64,000 nucleotides of DNA from Eledone cirrhosa (Eukaryota), in the NCBI GenBank assembly GCA_964016885.1, contig OZ024758.1:28024001-28088000 (forward strand). The letters are read 5' to 3'. Of the stretch, positions 25,229-38,639 are shown piece by piece. Position 1 is the first letter of the stretch. Each line of letters starts with the position of its first letter. The notes below the pieces were generated by a model that was not told where the DNA came from, did not search any database, and was given only the letters and a program-made list of their open reading frames with translations. The translations under genes and the position numbers were made by a program.

Positions 25229-25470
25229 CATATGTATATAGTACTAAAGAAGAAACAAGGATGGAGAAGACCCACATATTCAATAAGCCTCAACAAGGGG
25301 CATTGGAGCTTTTCTCTAATAATTTTTGAGATAAGCCAACACATTCACAGCATTGCAAGAAACCACTGGTAAATGAAATAATTATCTTATGTTGTTTATT
25401 ACATAACTAATAAGTTCTGTAGCCTACATAGAGCACTCTTTTTTCCTGTACCTTTCCGATGGAAATACTT

Positions 25471-25501
<31 letters not shown>

Positions 25502-25701
25502 GTATGTTCGATATGTCTCATATGAAATAATACAGCCAATTTTCCACACAATACTTTTAGTTAGCACCCCGAACGCTTAATTAGGAATATACTCACTTAT
25601 TTCCTAATGTTTGTTGAGTGAGTTGGAATTTGGCCGGAGTATCGCTAAAAGCTTTCTCCGATAATGTATTTATTTATATATATGTGTATATATATATATA
25701 T

Positions 25702-26692
25702 CATCACCATCATCAGGTCGAGCTTGCTCGGCTTTCTACGAAACGTTTCCTCCATCCATCTCTGTCTCTCATAGCGTTTGCCAGTTCTTCCGCAGTGCAT
25801 CCAGTATCGTCCTCAAGTTGCTTGACGTATGTTTTCTTGGGATGACCAGCGTTTCTTCCGCAGTGCATCCAGTATCGTCCTCAAGTTGCTTGACCTATGT
25901 TTTCTTGGGATGACCAGCGTTTCTTCCGCAGTGCATCCAGTATCGTCCTCAAGTTGCCTGACCTATGTCTTCTTGGGATGACCAGCGTTTCTTCCGCAGT
26001 GCATCCAGTATCGTCCTCAAGTTGCCTGACGTATGTCTTCTTGGGATGACCAGCGTTTCTTCCGCAGTGCATCCAGTATCGTCCTCAAGTTGCCTGACCT
26101 ATGTCTTCTTGGGATGACCAGCGTTTCTTCCGCAGTGCATCCAGTATCGTCCTCAAGTTGCCTGACGTATGTCTTCTTGGGATGACCAGCGTTTCTTCCG
26201 CAGTGCATCCAGTATCGTCCTCAAGTTGCCTGACGTATGTTTTCTTGGGATGACCAGCGTTTCTTCCGCAGTGCATCCAGTATCGTCCTCAAGTTGCCTG
26301 ACCTATGTCTTCTTGGGATGACCAGCGTTTCTTCCGCAGTGCATCCAGTATCGTCCTCAAGTTGCCTGACTTATGTCTTCTTGGGATGACCAGCGTTTCT
26401 TCCGCAGTGCATCCAGTATCGTCCTCAAGTTGCCTGACTTATGTTTTCTTGGGATGACCAGCGTTTCTTCCGCAGTGCATCCAGTATCGTCCTCAAGTTG
26501 CCTGACTTATGTCTTCTTGGGATGACCAGCGTTTCTTCCGCAGTGCATCCAGTATCGTCCTCAAGTTGCCTGACCTATGTCTTCTTGGGATGACCAGCGT
26601 TTCTTCCGCAGTGCATCCAGTATCGTCCTCAAGTTGCCTGACCTATGTCTTCTTGGGATGACCAGCGTTTCTTCCGCAGTGCATCCAGTATT
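25702..26692 (-). repeat. 68-bp minisatellite (about 13 copies) grown from the 3' end of another RTE-like LINE
   Basis: The unit translates GHPKKTYVRQLEDDTGCTAEE and continues into LANAMRDRDGWRKRFVESRASST* and a (TGA)n tail. Confidence 0.88.
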
Positions 26693-27186
26693 GTCATTAA
26701 TAAGGTGTTGGAATAAAGAAGCATCTTCATGAGTATCGCCTGATACCTTGGTAAGGTATGCCACCAATAATGACAAGAATTTTATTGTTAGTGGCCCAGC
26801 TCTCAACAAACGTCTTGAATGCCACAGGTTGAAAAAAGTTATTTGCCGACAATTCTTGGTATTTTAGAAACATCTACAACCTTAGATAATATGCATATAT
26901 ATAACAGTCGATCGACAAGAGCCTGGTCCTCATTCACTTAACAAGCTTGTCAGACCGGACCAAGGAAACAATGTTTCCATTGGTCTTTCCAATTGTTAAT
27001 ACTATTTAGCGGTCGCAATTCCAGGCAGCAATGTGAAATGAAGTGTCTTGCTAAAAGACAGTGAATTGCCTGGTCTGAGAATCGAATTCACAACCTCACG
27101 CTAGTGAATCCAATTCTCTAACCAATCAGCCATGCGCCAGCGTGGAAGATGGACGTTAAATGATGATGATATATATATATATATAT

Positions 27187-27520
27187 GGAGGCACATGGCT
27201 TAGTGGTTAGAGCATTGGCCTTGCAATCGAAAGGTTGTGAGTTCAATTCTCAGACCAGTTGATGTGTTGTTTCCTTGAGCAAGACACTTTATTTCACATT
27301 GCTCCAGTTTACTCAGCTGTAGAAATGAGATGATAGGACTGGGATCCCTATCATTCCACTGCAAAGTGGACGTGGAGGTGCCACTGCAAAAAAGCACCCA
27401 ACACTCACTGTAAATGAGGTTGGTGTTAGGAAGGGCATCCAGCTGTAGAAATCAAGCCAGAATCAGTTCCCGTCCCAGCCTTGCAAGCAGGGAAAAGCGG
27501 ACGTAAAATGATGATGATGA
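27187..27520 (+). mobile_element. SINE family 1 copy
   Basis: Same sequence as 8871-9211. Confidence 0.9.
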
Positions 27521-27717
27521 TATATATATCAATAATATTAATAAATTCAAAATATCTTTATAAAACCATATTTATTTTATAAAATAAATATGGTTTTCTA
27601 AAGATATTTTCCATTTATTAATATTATTGATATTAATGATACTCCGGCTGAATACTGTTGAGTGCTTCTAATCTGTTGTAAATTAACTTTGTTGAATAAT
27701 CAACAAACCAAATAACT

Positions 27718-28501
27718 CATTGCATACGAACAGCAATGTTGCATGGCAGTGAGACCTGGGCATTGTGTGCAGAAGATATATGCAGACTAGAGAGAAACGA
27801 AGCTTGCATGCTCCGCTGGATGTGTAATAGTAATATACGTGAACGGCAAAGCATAAACGAACTAAGGAAAAAATTAGAAATAAGAGGGATCAGATGTTGT
27901 TTACTAGAGAGAAGGTTACGTTGGTATGGACACGTGATGCGCATGAAGGACGATAGCTGTATAACAAAGTGCAGGGCAATAAAGATAGACGGTAGCCACG
28001 GAATAGGCAGACCCAGAAAAACCTGGGACGAGCTGATAAACTCCGACCGCACACACTTACACCTCACCAAGACAATGTCACTGGACCGAGACCTTTGGCG
28101 GTACTCAGTAATAGAGAAGACCCGCCTTACCTAAATATAAAGTAAAACCTACTACTGTCAGTAGGCATCTCTAATAAAATACACCCCCGACCCACCACCC
28201 CCTTCTATGTAAAGTTATGTTGGTGCCACACCATCCAGGCCGAAACAAATGAGATCGTGTAGGTGTCACGACAAAAAAACACACAGTCCACGCTGTAATG
28301 TGGCCGTGTAGGCAACACGGTAAAAACCTCCCAGACCCACACTGTAAATGTGGTTGGTGTTAGGAAGGGCATCCAACTGTAGAAAACCCGCCAGACAGTC
28401 CTATGCGAGCAAGACAATCACTCTTGCCTCAAGTGGGAAAACCCCCGTCCAAACCCATGCAAGCGTGGAACACGGACGTTAAACGTTGATGATGATGATG
28501 A
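27718..28501 (+). mobile_element. 5'-truncated RTE subfamily B copy
   Basis: ORF 27736-28134, followed by the 3'UTR and (GAT)n. Confidence 0.92.
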
Positions 28502-28519
28502 TATATATATATATACATA

Positions 28520-28624
28520 CATCATCATCATTTTACGTCTGCTTTTCCCTGCTTGCAAGGGTGGGACGGGTCTTATTCAGCACAGCATCTCTCCACTCGT
28601 CACGGTCCCTCGTCATCTCCACCA
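28520..28624 (-). mobile_element. RTE subfamily C extreme 3' fragment
   Basis: Translates [29 protein letters not shown], followed by the tail. Confidence 0.85.
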
Positions 28625-28795
28625 TATATATGTATGAATATATATACATATATATATACATACATACATATATATACATACATACATATATATATACATA
28701 CATATATATATATATATATATACATACATACATATATACATACATACATATATATATACATATATATATACATATATATATACATATATATATAC

Positions 28796-28833
<38 letters not shown>

Positions 28834-28852
28834 ATACATACATATATACATA

Positions 28853-31800
28853 CATCATCATCATCATCGGGTTTAGCGTCCGTGTTCCACGCTTGCATGG
28901 GTTTGGACGGGGGTTTTCCAACTTGAGGCAGGAGTGGTTGTCTTGCTCGCATAGGACTGTCTGGCGGGTTTTCTACAGCTGGATGCCCTTCCTAACACCA
29001 ACCACACTTACAGTGTGGGTCTGGGAGGTTTTTACCGTGTTGCCTACACGGCCACATTACAGCGTGGACTGTCTGGCGGGTTTTCTACAGCTGGATGCCC
29101 TTCCTAACACCAACCACATTTACAGTGTGGGGCTGGGAGGTTTTTACCGTGTTGCCTACACGGCCACATTTACAGCGTGGACTGTGTGTTTTTTTGTCGT
29201 GACACCTACACGATCTCATTTGTTTCGGCCTGGATGTTGCGGGACCAACATAACTTTACATTGAAAGGGGCGGTGTGGATGGGGTGGAGGTGGTGGGACG
29301 GGGGGTGCGTTTTGATAGAGATGCCTACTGACTGTAGTAGGTTTTTACTTTGTATTTAGGTAAGGCGGGTTTTCTCTATTACTGAGTACCGCCAAAGGTC
29401 TCGGTCCAGTGACATTGTCTTGGAGAGGTGTAAGCGTGTGAGGTCGGAATTTATCATGTTGTCCCAGGTTTTTCTGGGTCTGCCTACTCCGTGGCTACCG
29501 TCTATCTTTATTGCCCTGCACTTTGTTATACAGCTGTCGTCTTTCATGCGCATCACGTGACCGTACCAACGTAGCCTTCTCTCGAGTAAACAACATTTGA
29601 TCCCTCTTATTTCTAATTTTTTCCTTAGTTCGTTTATGCTTTGCCGTTCACGTATATTACTATTGCACATCCAGCGGAGCATGCAAGCTTCGTTCCTCTC
29701 TAGTCTGCGTATATCCTCTCCACACAATGCCCAGGTCTCACTGCCATGCAGCATTGCTGTTCGTATGCAGGCATCGTATAACCTGCCTTTCATTTTTAGG
29801 GAGAACCCTCTAGCGGCCAATAGTGGTATAAGCTCTCTGAACTTTTTCCATCCAGTTCTGACTCTAGCTACTGTACTTTCAGAGCACCCTCCCCCACTGC
29901 TGATTTTGTCACCCAGGTAACGGAAGCTGTCCACTATTTCTATAGAACCCTCTGTGCAGTTGAAGGAGCTAGTATTTTGTGGGCACTTGCTGCTACTTAT
30001 TGCACCAGAGCACCGGCCACATGTAAAATCTATGTTCTTAGTTAGCTTACCTGTGATCCCACTACATCTTTTATGCACCCATACTTTGCATTTGGGACAT
30101 AAAATGGAGTTTCTACCTACGCCTTTCCTACACACTGAGCATGGCCATTTCCCAGAAGGGACCGCCGCCTTATTATCTTTCCTACAAACTAGAACTTTAG
30201 TCTTAGCCAGGTTAATTTTAAGGCCTTTTGATTCTAGGCCGTGCTTCCATGTTTGGAATTTCTTCTCTAGTTCGGTCATTGATTCAGCTATGAGCGTTAG
30301 ATCATCTGCGTATAGGAGTTCCCATGGGCAGCCGGTCTTGAACTCCTCTGTTATAGCCTGAAGGGCAATAATAAATAGTAGGGGGCTAAGAACAGAGCCC
30401 TGATGGACACCAACTTTTACGCTAAACTCTTCACTATATTCGTTGTTAATTCTAACCTTACTGACTGTTTCTTTATACATGGCTTGTATAGCTCTCACAA
30501 GCCATTCGTCAACACCTAGTTTTCTAAGAGACCACCAGATAATGGAACGGGGGGACTCTGTCGAAGGCTTTCTCTAAGTCGACGAAAGCTAAGTATAGGG
30601 GTTTACTTTTAGCTAGGTACTTCTCCTGTAGTTGTCGTACGATGAAAAGAGCGTCTGTGGTACTTTTGCCTGACACAAACCCGAACTGCATTTCATCTAG
30701 ATCAATTCTCTCTCTGATTAGTTGCGCTATTACTTTTTCCGTGACCTTCATGACCTGGTCGATTAATTTAATGCCTCTATAGTTACTCCTATCTAGGGCA
30801 TCTCCTTTTCCCTTATAGCAGTTAACGATGATGCTGCTACGCCAGTCCTTCGGAACAACCCCATTCTGTACGACTTGGTTAACTATCCGGGTGACCATGG
30901 TGTGTCCCACCGAACCAGATGCCTTCAGCATCTCAGCAACTATTTCCGAAGGACCAGCCGCCTTACCCGTCTTCATATCTTTGATTGCCTTGCTTATTGT
31001 ACTACCCTGGACTAACACTGCTGGTCCCTCTATTGGGTCGATGTGGGGGAGACTGTCTTTCTCCCATTTATTCTCCTCATTTAGAAGCCTTTCGTAGTGA
31101 CACTTCCAAGCTACCTTCTTATCAGCGTCGGTGATGGCAAGTATGCCATCATCGTTAAGTACACACTTCTCCCCGACAATATCACGGTTTTCCTTGACAC
31201 ATTGCCTAGCAATCCTGAACACCTCACGTTTTTGGTCCTCACGTTGTAGAACATGCTTGAACTTTCTTTCCTCTGCTTCCCTTCTTGTGAAGTACACTTG
31301 TCTCCTAGCTTCCCTCCTGGCCACTTGATAGTCTTCTCTACTTCCCCCATCCCGCCATACTTTCCAAGCCTGCTTTTTGGCCTTAATTGACCCCTCCACC
31401 TTACTGTTCCACCACCATGTTACTCTCCTCCCACCTACAGGCCTGCTCCAGCCACAGACTTCGTCTGCCGCCGTCAGCAGGTTTGCTCTCAGGAATTCCC
31501 ACTGTTCCTCTATATTATACGACTCTAATTGCTCTTCCTTACTGTCGAAAGCGTCAAGTAATATGCTTTGAAATTTATTTCTGGCTATGGGGTCCTTTAG
31601 CTTCCATATTTTTCTCCTGAGGATAGTCCTCTTCCGCTGTCTAGTACGTCTCGTCCTGACTATGAGGTCGCTAATTATCAGTCTATGTTGGGAGGTGAAT
31701 TCTTCATGGGGGAGGGATTTAGTGTTAACAACAGACACTCTGTCACGTCTTCTGGTAAGGATATAATCTACCTGGCTTGTGTGTTCCCCCGATCTATAGG

Positions 31801-33182
31801 TGATCAAGTGATTGTCTCGTTTTTTGAAGTTAGTGTTACAGATAGTTAAGTTATTTGCGTCGCAGAATTCCAGGATTCTGGAGCCTTCCTCATTTCTAGT
31901 ACCGAACCCATAGCCTCCATGGATTCCGTCATAGCCGTCACAATGTTGTCCAATGTGACCATTTAGGTCGCCTGCAATAATTATATAGTCACTGTCAGTT
32001 ATTTGGGAGGTAGCGAGCATCAGTGTCTCGTAGAATCTGTCTTTTATAGCGCCGGGCAGTCCGGATTGGGGTGCGTACGCAGATATTACTGTCACCGTAG
32101 TTTTATTGAGGACAAGTCTTATTTTAATTATTCTGTCGTTCACTCTATTTACGTCTATTATCTTATCTGCCCACTTTTCTGCTACCATGATTCCTACCCC
32201 ACCCAACCCATTGTCATTTCCCACCCAGAAAAGCTTATAGCATCGTTCTTTACCCACGATGAATCTAGCAGACCCTCCCCTCCACCTGGTCTCTTGAATA
32301 CAACAAACATCGACCTCCTTACGTTCAAGCATTTCTACAACCCCGTTAGAGCGACCCTTTAAGGTGTCTACATTCATGGTACCAACTCTGAAGTTTTGGA
32401 TTGCGTTTGGAGGGTGGGAGCGGTGGGGCGCGGGGATGGGGTTATGTTAGCCATCCTGGGCCGAAACAAGGAGGAGTGCTTGCATTCTCGTCCACGAGGT
32501 GAATTTGTCTTTATCTTTGGCATTGTCGCTGAGCGTCCACATTTTTCTCTCTTCAACTCTCCAGAATTCCGTAGTCCATCCATCATATCGAAAAGCAACC
32601 AGTTAAGCGATAGTATGGGCCTCTGACTTATGATTGGTCCACGTAATAATGGTGGTGCATGGATGCGGGTGGGAGGGATGATGGGTTGTTAGCGAGAATG
32701 TAAGGTTTAAGATAAGATCGCCGTATTTTGGGCATAATTTAACAATAAACGAAAATACAAGATTTGTTTTGTTTAAGAAAATACGATAGAGAAAATGCGG
32801 TGATAGGGAAAATATGATTTTTAGAGAAAGAATATGATATAGAATGGTGAAAATATGATATAGAATGGTGAAAATATGATATAGAATGGTGAAAATATGA
32901 TATAGAATGGTGAAAATATGATATAGTGTGAAATTAGGACATAGAACAGTGATTGAATGAATGGATTCGAATGGAGAGAAGAATCGAGAAAAATATTTGA
33001 ACGTTACTTTATACCGCAAGAACAGCCATCCCAGAAATAGCGAGTTGGCGATTGTGATTAATTTTGGTAGGGTTTATCTTATATGTATAGAGAGGGATGG
33101 GGGGGGGGCAGGAACCAGCATGATGTATGGGTAAGGGGTAGAAGATGGGATGGAGCGTAGAGGTTAAGAGTTTAAATAGGCT
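28853..33182 (-). mobile_element. Near full-length RTE subfamily B LINE with frameshift(s)
   Basis: ORF 30524-32377 (APE plus start of RT) and ORF 29356-30498 (RT) are separated by a +1 base in a homopolymer at 30549-30554. A second shift is probable near 32390. The 5'UTR extends to about 33182. Confidence 0.93.
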
Positions 33183-33248
33183 ACATACATACATATATAC
33201 ATACACATACATATATATATACATACATATATATATATATATACATAC

Positions 33249-33296
<48 letters not shown>

Positions 33297-33516
33297 ATAC
33301 ATACATATATATATATACATATACATACATATATATATATACATATACATACATATATATACATACATACATACATATATATATATACATATACATACAT
33401 ATATATACATACATACATATATATATATACATATACATACATATATATACATACATACATATATATATATACATATACATACATATATATACATATACAT
33501 ACATATATATATATAT

Positions 33517-33549
<33 letters not shown>

Positions 33550-33573
33550 TATACATACATACATATATATACA

Positions 33574-33609
<36 letters not shown>

Positions 33610-33664
33610 TATACATACATACATATATATACATACATACATATATATACATACATACATATAT

Positions 33665-33709
<45 letters not shown>

Positions 33710-33714
33710 CATAC

Positions 33715-33751
<37 letters not shown>

Positions 33752-33912
33752 CATACATATATATATATATACATACATATATATATATATACATACATAT
33801 ATATATATATATACATACATATATATATATATATACATACATATATATATATATACATACATATATATATATATACATACATATATATATATATATACAT
33901 ACATACATATAT

Positions 33913-33943
<31 letters not shown>

Positions 33944-34029
33944 CATACATATATATATATATATATACATACATACATATATATATACATACATACATAT
34001 GTATATATATATATACATACATACATACA
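33183..34029. repeat. (TA)n/(TACA)n microsatellite
   Basis: Low-complexity tract. Confidence 0.95.
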
Positions 34030-34746
34030 TAGCTTAATTAAGAATGTAGGATTCACATGCAGCAGCTGTGCTGAAACAGCAAGCAAACAGCCACAGGAAA
34101 CAAGTACCACCAATCTCTGGGAGGGCCCTGTAGAAACAGTAGACAGCTTCTGCTACCTAGGTGACCGAATTAGCAACGGAGGTGGGTGCTCAGAAAGTAC
34201 AATAACTAGGGTAAGAACGGGATGGAAGAAGTTTAGGGAACTACTACCACTGCTAGCTGCAAAAGGCTTCTCCCTCAGAATGAAAGGCAGACTGTATGAT
34301 GCGTGTATCCGAACAGCGATGTTGCATGGTAGTGAGACCTGGGCGCTGAAGGTGGAAGACTTACGTAGATTAGAGAGAAACGAAGCCTGCATGCTCCGAT
34401 GGATGTGTAACAGTAATATACGTGAACGACAAAGCATAAAGGAATTGAAAGAGAGACTGAGCATAAGAGGAATCAAATGCTGCGTGCAGGAGAGGTGGTT
34501 ACGCTGGTATGGACATGTGATGCGTATGAAGGATGACAGCTGCATAAAAAGGTGCAGAGCACTAGAAGTTGATGGAAACCGCGGAGTGGGGAGACCCAAG
34601 ATGACTTGGGATGAGGTGATAAAAGCCGACCTTACCCAACTACACCTCTCAAAGTCAATGACACACGACCGTGACTTCTGGCGTCACGCAGTAATACAGG
34701 GTACCCGACCTCCCATGGGTACATGCTGAAGCATATAAACAATATG
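34030..34746 (+). mobile_element. RTE subfamily A fragment lacking both the 5' part and the 3' tail
   Basis: Near-identical to 53515-54231 and bounded by microsatellites. Confidence 0.92.
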
Positions 34747-34769
34747 GACATACATATAAACCATAGTGG

Positions 34770-35212
34770 ACATACATACATACATATACATACATACATA
34801 CATATACATACATACATACATACATACATACATACATACATACATACATACATACACATACATACATACATATATATATATATACATACATATATATATA
34901 TATACATACATATATATATATATACATACATATATATATATATACATACATATATATATATATACATACATATATATATATATACATACATATATATATA
35001 TATACATACATATATATATATATACATACATACATACATATATATATAAATATATATATACATATATACATATATATATATACATACATACATATATACA
35101 TATATATATAAATATATATATACATATATACATATATATATATATACATACATATATACATATATATATAAATATATATATACATATATACATATATATA
35201 TATATACATACA

Positions 35213-35244
<32 letters not shown>

Positions 35245-35255
35245 CATACATATAC
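34770..35255. repeat. (TACA)n/(TA)n microsatellite
   Basis: Low-complexity tract. Confidence 0.95.
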
Positions 35256-35440
35256 ATGGTGGCTGCCAACTCGTTTTCGAGTACGCCCACTACTTTATGT
35301 GTGAATTTTTAGTCCAGCCAGCGACTTGAAAACTCTGGTACAAATTATTGCCACATAGTGCTGGGCCCATGGTACCATACCATGTGATGACAAGTGCAGA
35401 GAGATCTCCAGATATAAAGCAATGCCTGTACATACATATA

Positions 35441-35471
<31 letters not shown>

Positions 35472-35883
35472 TGTTATACTTTGGAAGGGTCATGTTGCTT
35501 ATAAAAAATACATGCATTTGTTGGGCTTCACTTCAATTTACTATTATAATTTCCAAATCTGTTAGTTTAGTAACCAAATGGTTGTTTAGTTGTTGAATGT
35601 TAAATCTCTTTCGTCACACATTTTGTGACCTCCTCAGTCACTACTTTTGTTGTTAGTTTGTGTCTCTCCTTTGTTTTGTCTTACACAATCTTGTTTTTGA
35701 CTGGGAAATTATAGTAAATTGAAGTAAAACCCAACAGTATTTTTTATTGGCAAATCTGTTTTCAGATAAAAAAAATCATGCAAAACAAATACAAAAATAC
35801 ATGCGGTGCCCCAGCATGGCCTCAGCCGGATGGCTGAAACAGGTAAAAGAGTAATATCCATGAGTGAATAATAAAAATATTAT

Positions 35884-36503
35884 AATAATTGTTTCTACTT
35901 TTGGCACAAGGCCAGCAATTACCCCAGTGCATTACTGGTGCTTTATTTTATCGACCCCGTAAGAATGAAAGGCAAAGTTAACCTCGGTGGGATTTGAACT
36001 CAGACTGTAAAGGGACGTAACTATGCTGGAAAGCATGGCGTCCGACCCTGCCAATCCACCGTTGCAAGCAAATAGCCTCATAAACACACGTGTTAGATGA
36101 TCAACATCATGCTTTTGTTCCAGAGGTAGCTGAGAGAAAACAGTTGACAAAAAGATGATGGGGTCATCTAGAAAACACTGTGTTTATGAGGCTGTTTGCT
36201 TGCAAACAAACCGAATATTAATAATAACTTTGCCTTTCATCCTTACGGGGTCGATAAAATAAAGTACCAGTAATGTACTGGGTAATTGCTGGCCTTGTGC
36301 CAAAAATAGAAACAAATAATAATTGTTTCTACTTTAGGCACAAGGCCAGCAATTACCCAGTGCATTACTGGTACTTTATTTTATCGACCCCGTAAGGATG
36401 AAAGGCAAAGTCAACCTCGGCGGGATTTGAACTCAGATCGTAAAGGGACGTAACTATGCTGGAAAGCATGGCGTCCGACCCTCTACCGATACTACCAATC
36501 CAC
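35884..36503. mobile_element. Cluster of three family 2 SINEs (-, partial +, -) around a hairpin
   Basis: Copies at about 35884-36060, 36226-36320 and 36320-36503. Confidence 0.85.
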
Positions 36504-36667
36504 AAATAATAATATGATATTATAATATCTGTTACTGATGTATACATTTAGGTATGCCCCATGTTAAGAGTGAAAACAAATTTTATATATATATATGTAT
36601 GTGTGTGTATATATATTTATATATATGTATGTATGTATGTGTGTGTGTATATATATATATATATCCT

Positions 36668-37102
36668 CATCATCATCGTTTTCGTCCATTCTTCCACGCT
36701 AGCATGGGTTAGACGGGTTGTCCTGTTGTGGCCAGTGTCCAGTTGGCTGACCTTGTCTTGCTCATACGGGAACTGATTCTGGCTCTATTTCTACAGCTGG
36801 ATGCCCTTCCTAACACCAACCTCATTTACAGTGTGGGCTGGGTGCTTTTTTGCCATGGCCCCTACATGTCCAATTTACAGTGTGGGCTGGGTGCTTTTTT
36901 GCCGTGGCACCTCCACGACCACTTTGCAGTGGAATGATAGGGACCCCAGTCCCTATCATCTCATTTCTACAGCTGAGTAAACTGGAGCAATGTGAAATAA
37001 AGTGTCTTGCTCAAGGAAACAACACATCACCCGGTCTGAGAATTGAACTCACAACCTCTCGATTGCAAGCCCAATGCTTTAACCACTAAGCCATGTGCCT
37101 TC
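36668..37102 (-). mobile_element. SINE family 1 variant carrying the RTE subfamily A 3' end
   Basis: Same tRNA/CORE-like head, but the tail is CCCGTCTAACCCATGCTAGCGTGGAAGAATGGACG. Confidence 0.85.
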
Positions 37103-37167
37103 ATATATATATACGTATGTATGTATATATATATGTATGTATATTGATATATTATTTCCTGTATTAC

Positions 37168-37258
37168 CATAAACGTGTCATAATTTCCTCATTATCAATA
37201 TATTCAGACCAGAGACAGGCTTCACCACCAAGGACGTCAGACTCTTCAAAGTCGTAAC
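37168..37258 (-). CDS. HEXB: Beta-hexosaminidase exon
   Basis: Acceptor ttgtag and donor gtaata. Translates (G)YDFEESDVLGGEACLWSEYIDNEEIMTRL(W), with the GGEACLWxEY motif. 91 nt, phase 1 to 2. Confidence 0.95.
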
Positions 37259-38639
37259 CTACAAAAATAAAACAAACAGAAGATAAACTAAAGATGAAGC
37301 AATCATAACATTGATACTAAACATAGCGTTAATTAATCATAGTGGGTAAAATAATAATCAGTGTTTGCAGAGTTCAAGTAATCAATGAAGATAACAAAAA
37401 ATAGACATATGTCAACATTGAATTACATATCAAAAGCATGTCAGAAAAAAATATGGTTTCAAGCCCAAACCTGCCAATCGAATCTTAGCTTCAAAAACTA
37501 TTTAAATTTACATTAGGCTTAGAATGTAAGTTTAACTTTACATTTTTATATCCAACATTTGCTAGAAGGCAAAGTAGATCGTAAAATGGCAATGAATCTT
37601 TATACATATTTTATCACCGGCAGTTCAACATTAGCTATTTAACTGATTCTACCTTTTTATGAATTCATCCTAGATTAACATAGCTCATATGACTGACTCT
37701 ACCTTTTTATGAATTGGAATTTTGTTCAACATGCTGATGCGTGTATGAGTGTATTATTATAAACATAGACACACTTACAAAACTAAGTCGCTCAAATTTA
37801 TATATAGATTCCTCTTAGATTAACAGTAGCCATTTGTCTTTACAAAGCTCATATGGCAAAAGGGAGGAGATGGAATACCATATAGCAGACAGGTGGAACT
37901 TTCTACAAGACAACCTGCTAAGGTTTGTTAACCAGATACGTAGCAAAGGTAAGTAAGGTTCCAACCAGATGAATGTGACCTAGTGGTAGAATTGCTTGGA
38001 AATATAAATAAATTTTTATTATGTCAACTATATTTTACAAAAAGAAAATATGCAAAAGAAAGATAGAAACAAAATTAAGGAAAGAGGGGCAAAGGGGTAA
38101 AGGAGGGCAGATCTGGCTGTATGGGAAAGGACTATAAATGCCATGAGAGGAAAAGGAGGGAAAAAGCAAAGACTCTTGGGCTACGGAAGATAGGGGAATG
38201 GGAGAGGGTGATGGGCTCTAGGGTGGGGCAGCGTTTCGGCTGTGCTCTGCGGACAAAACTGCAAAGGCATTTCCGCAGACAATGGCCAGTGACACCTGCT
38301 ACAACAGCCACCCCACCTTGCCAGGCTCCTTCCTCAGATGGGCTGCTGATGGTCTGATTTTGCAGAGGAGGTCGGCAGTATGGTGTCCAAGGGCACTTAA
38401 GGTCTCCACGGTGACCGGCATGAACAGGAAGTGGCAGGACAAGCCCCGGTGAAGATTGAGCTATATAAGCTAAGGAACAGGCTTGGAAAGACAGAGAACA
38501 GTACCATGTAGCTAGAAGAGAAGCTACATGGCATGCTACATGTTCTGTGACATGAAGATCAGAGAGATATGAGGAGTTCCAGATTACAAGGCAGTGTACA
38601 AGAGAATTAAGATGTTATTAGCAGGGAAATATGACTTAC

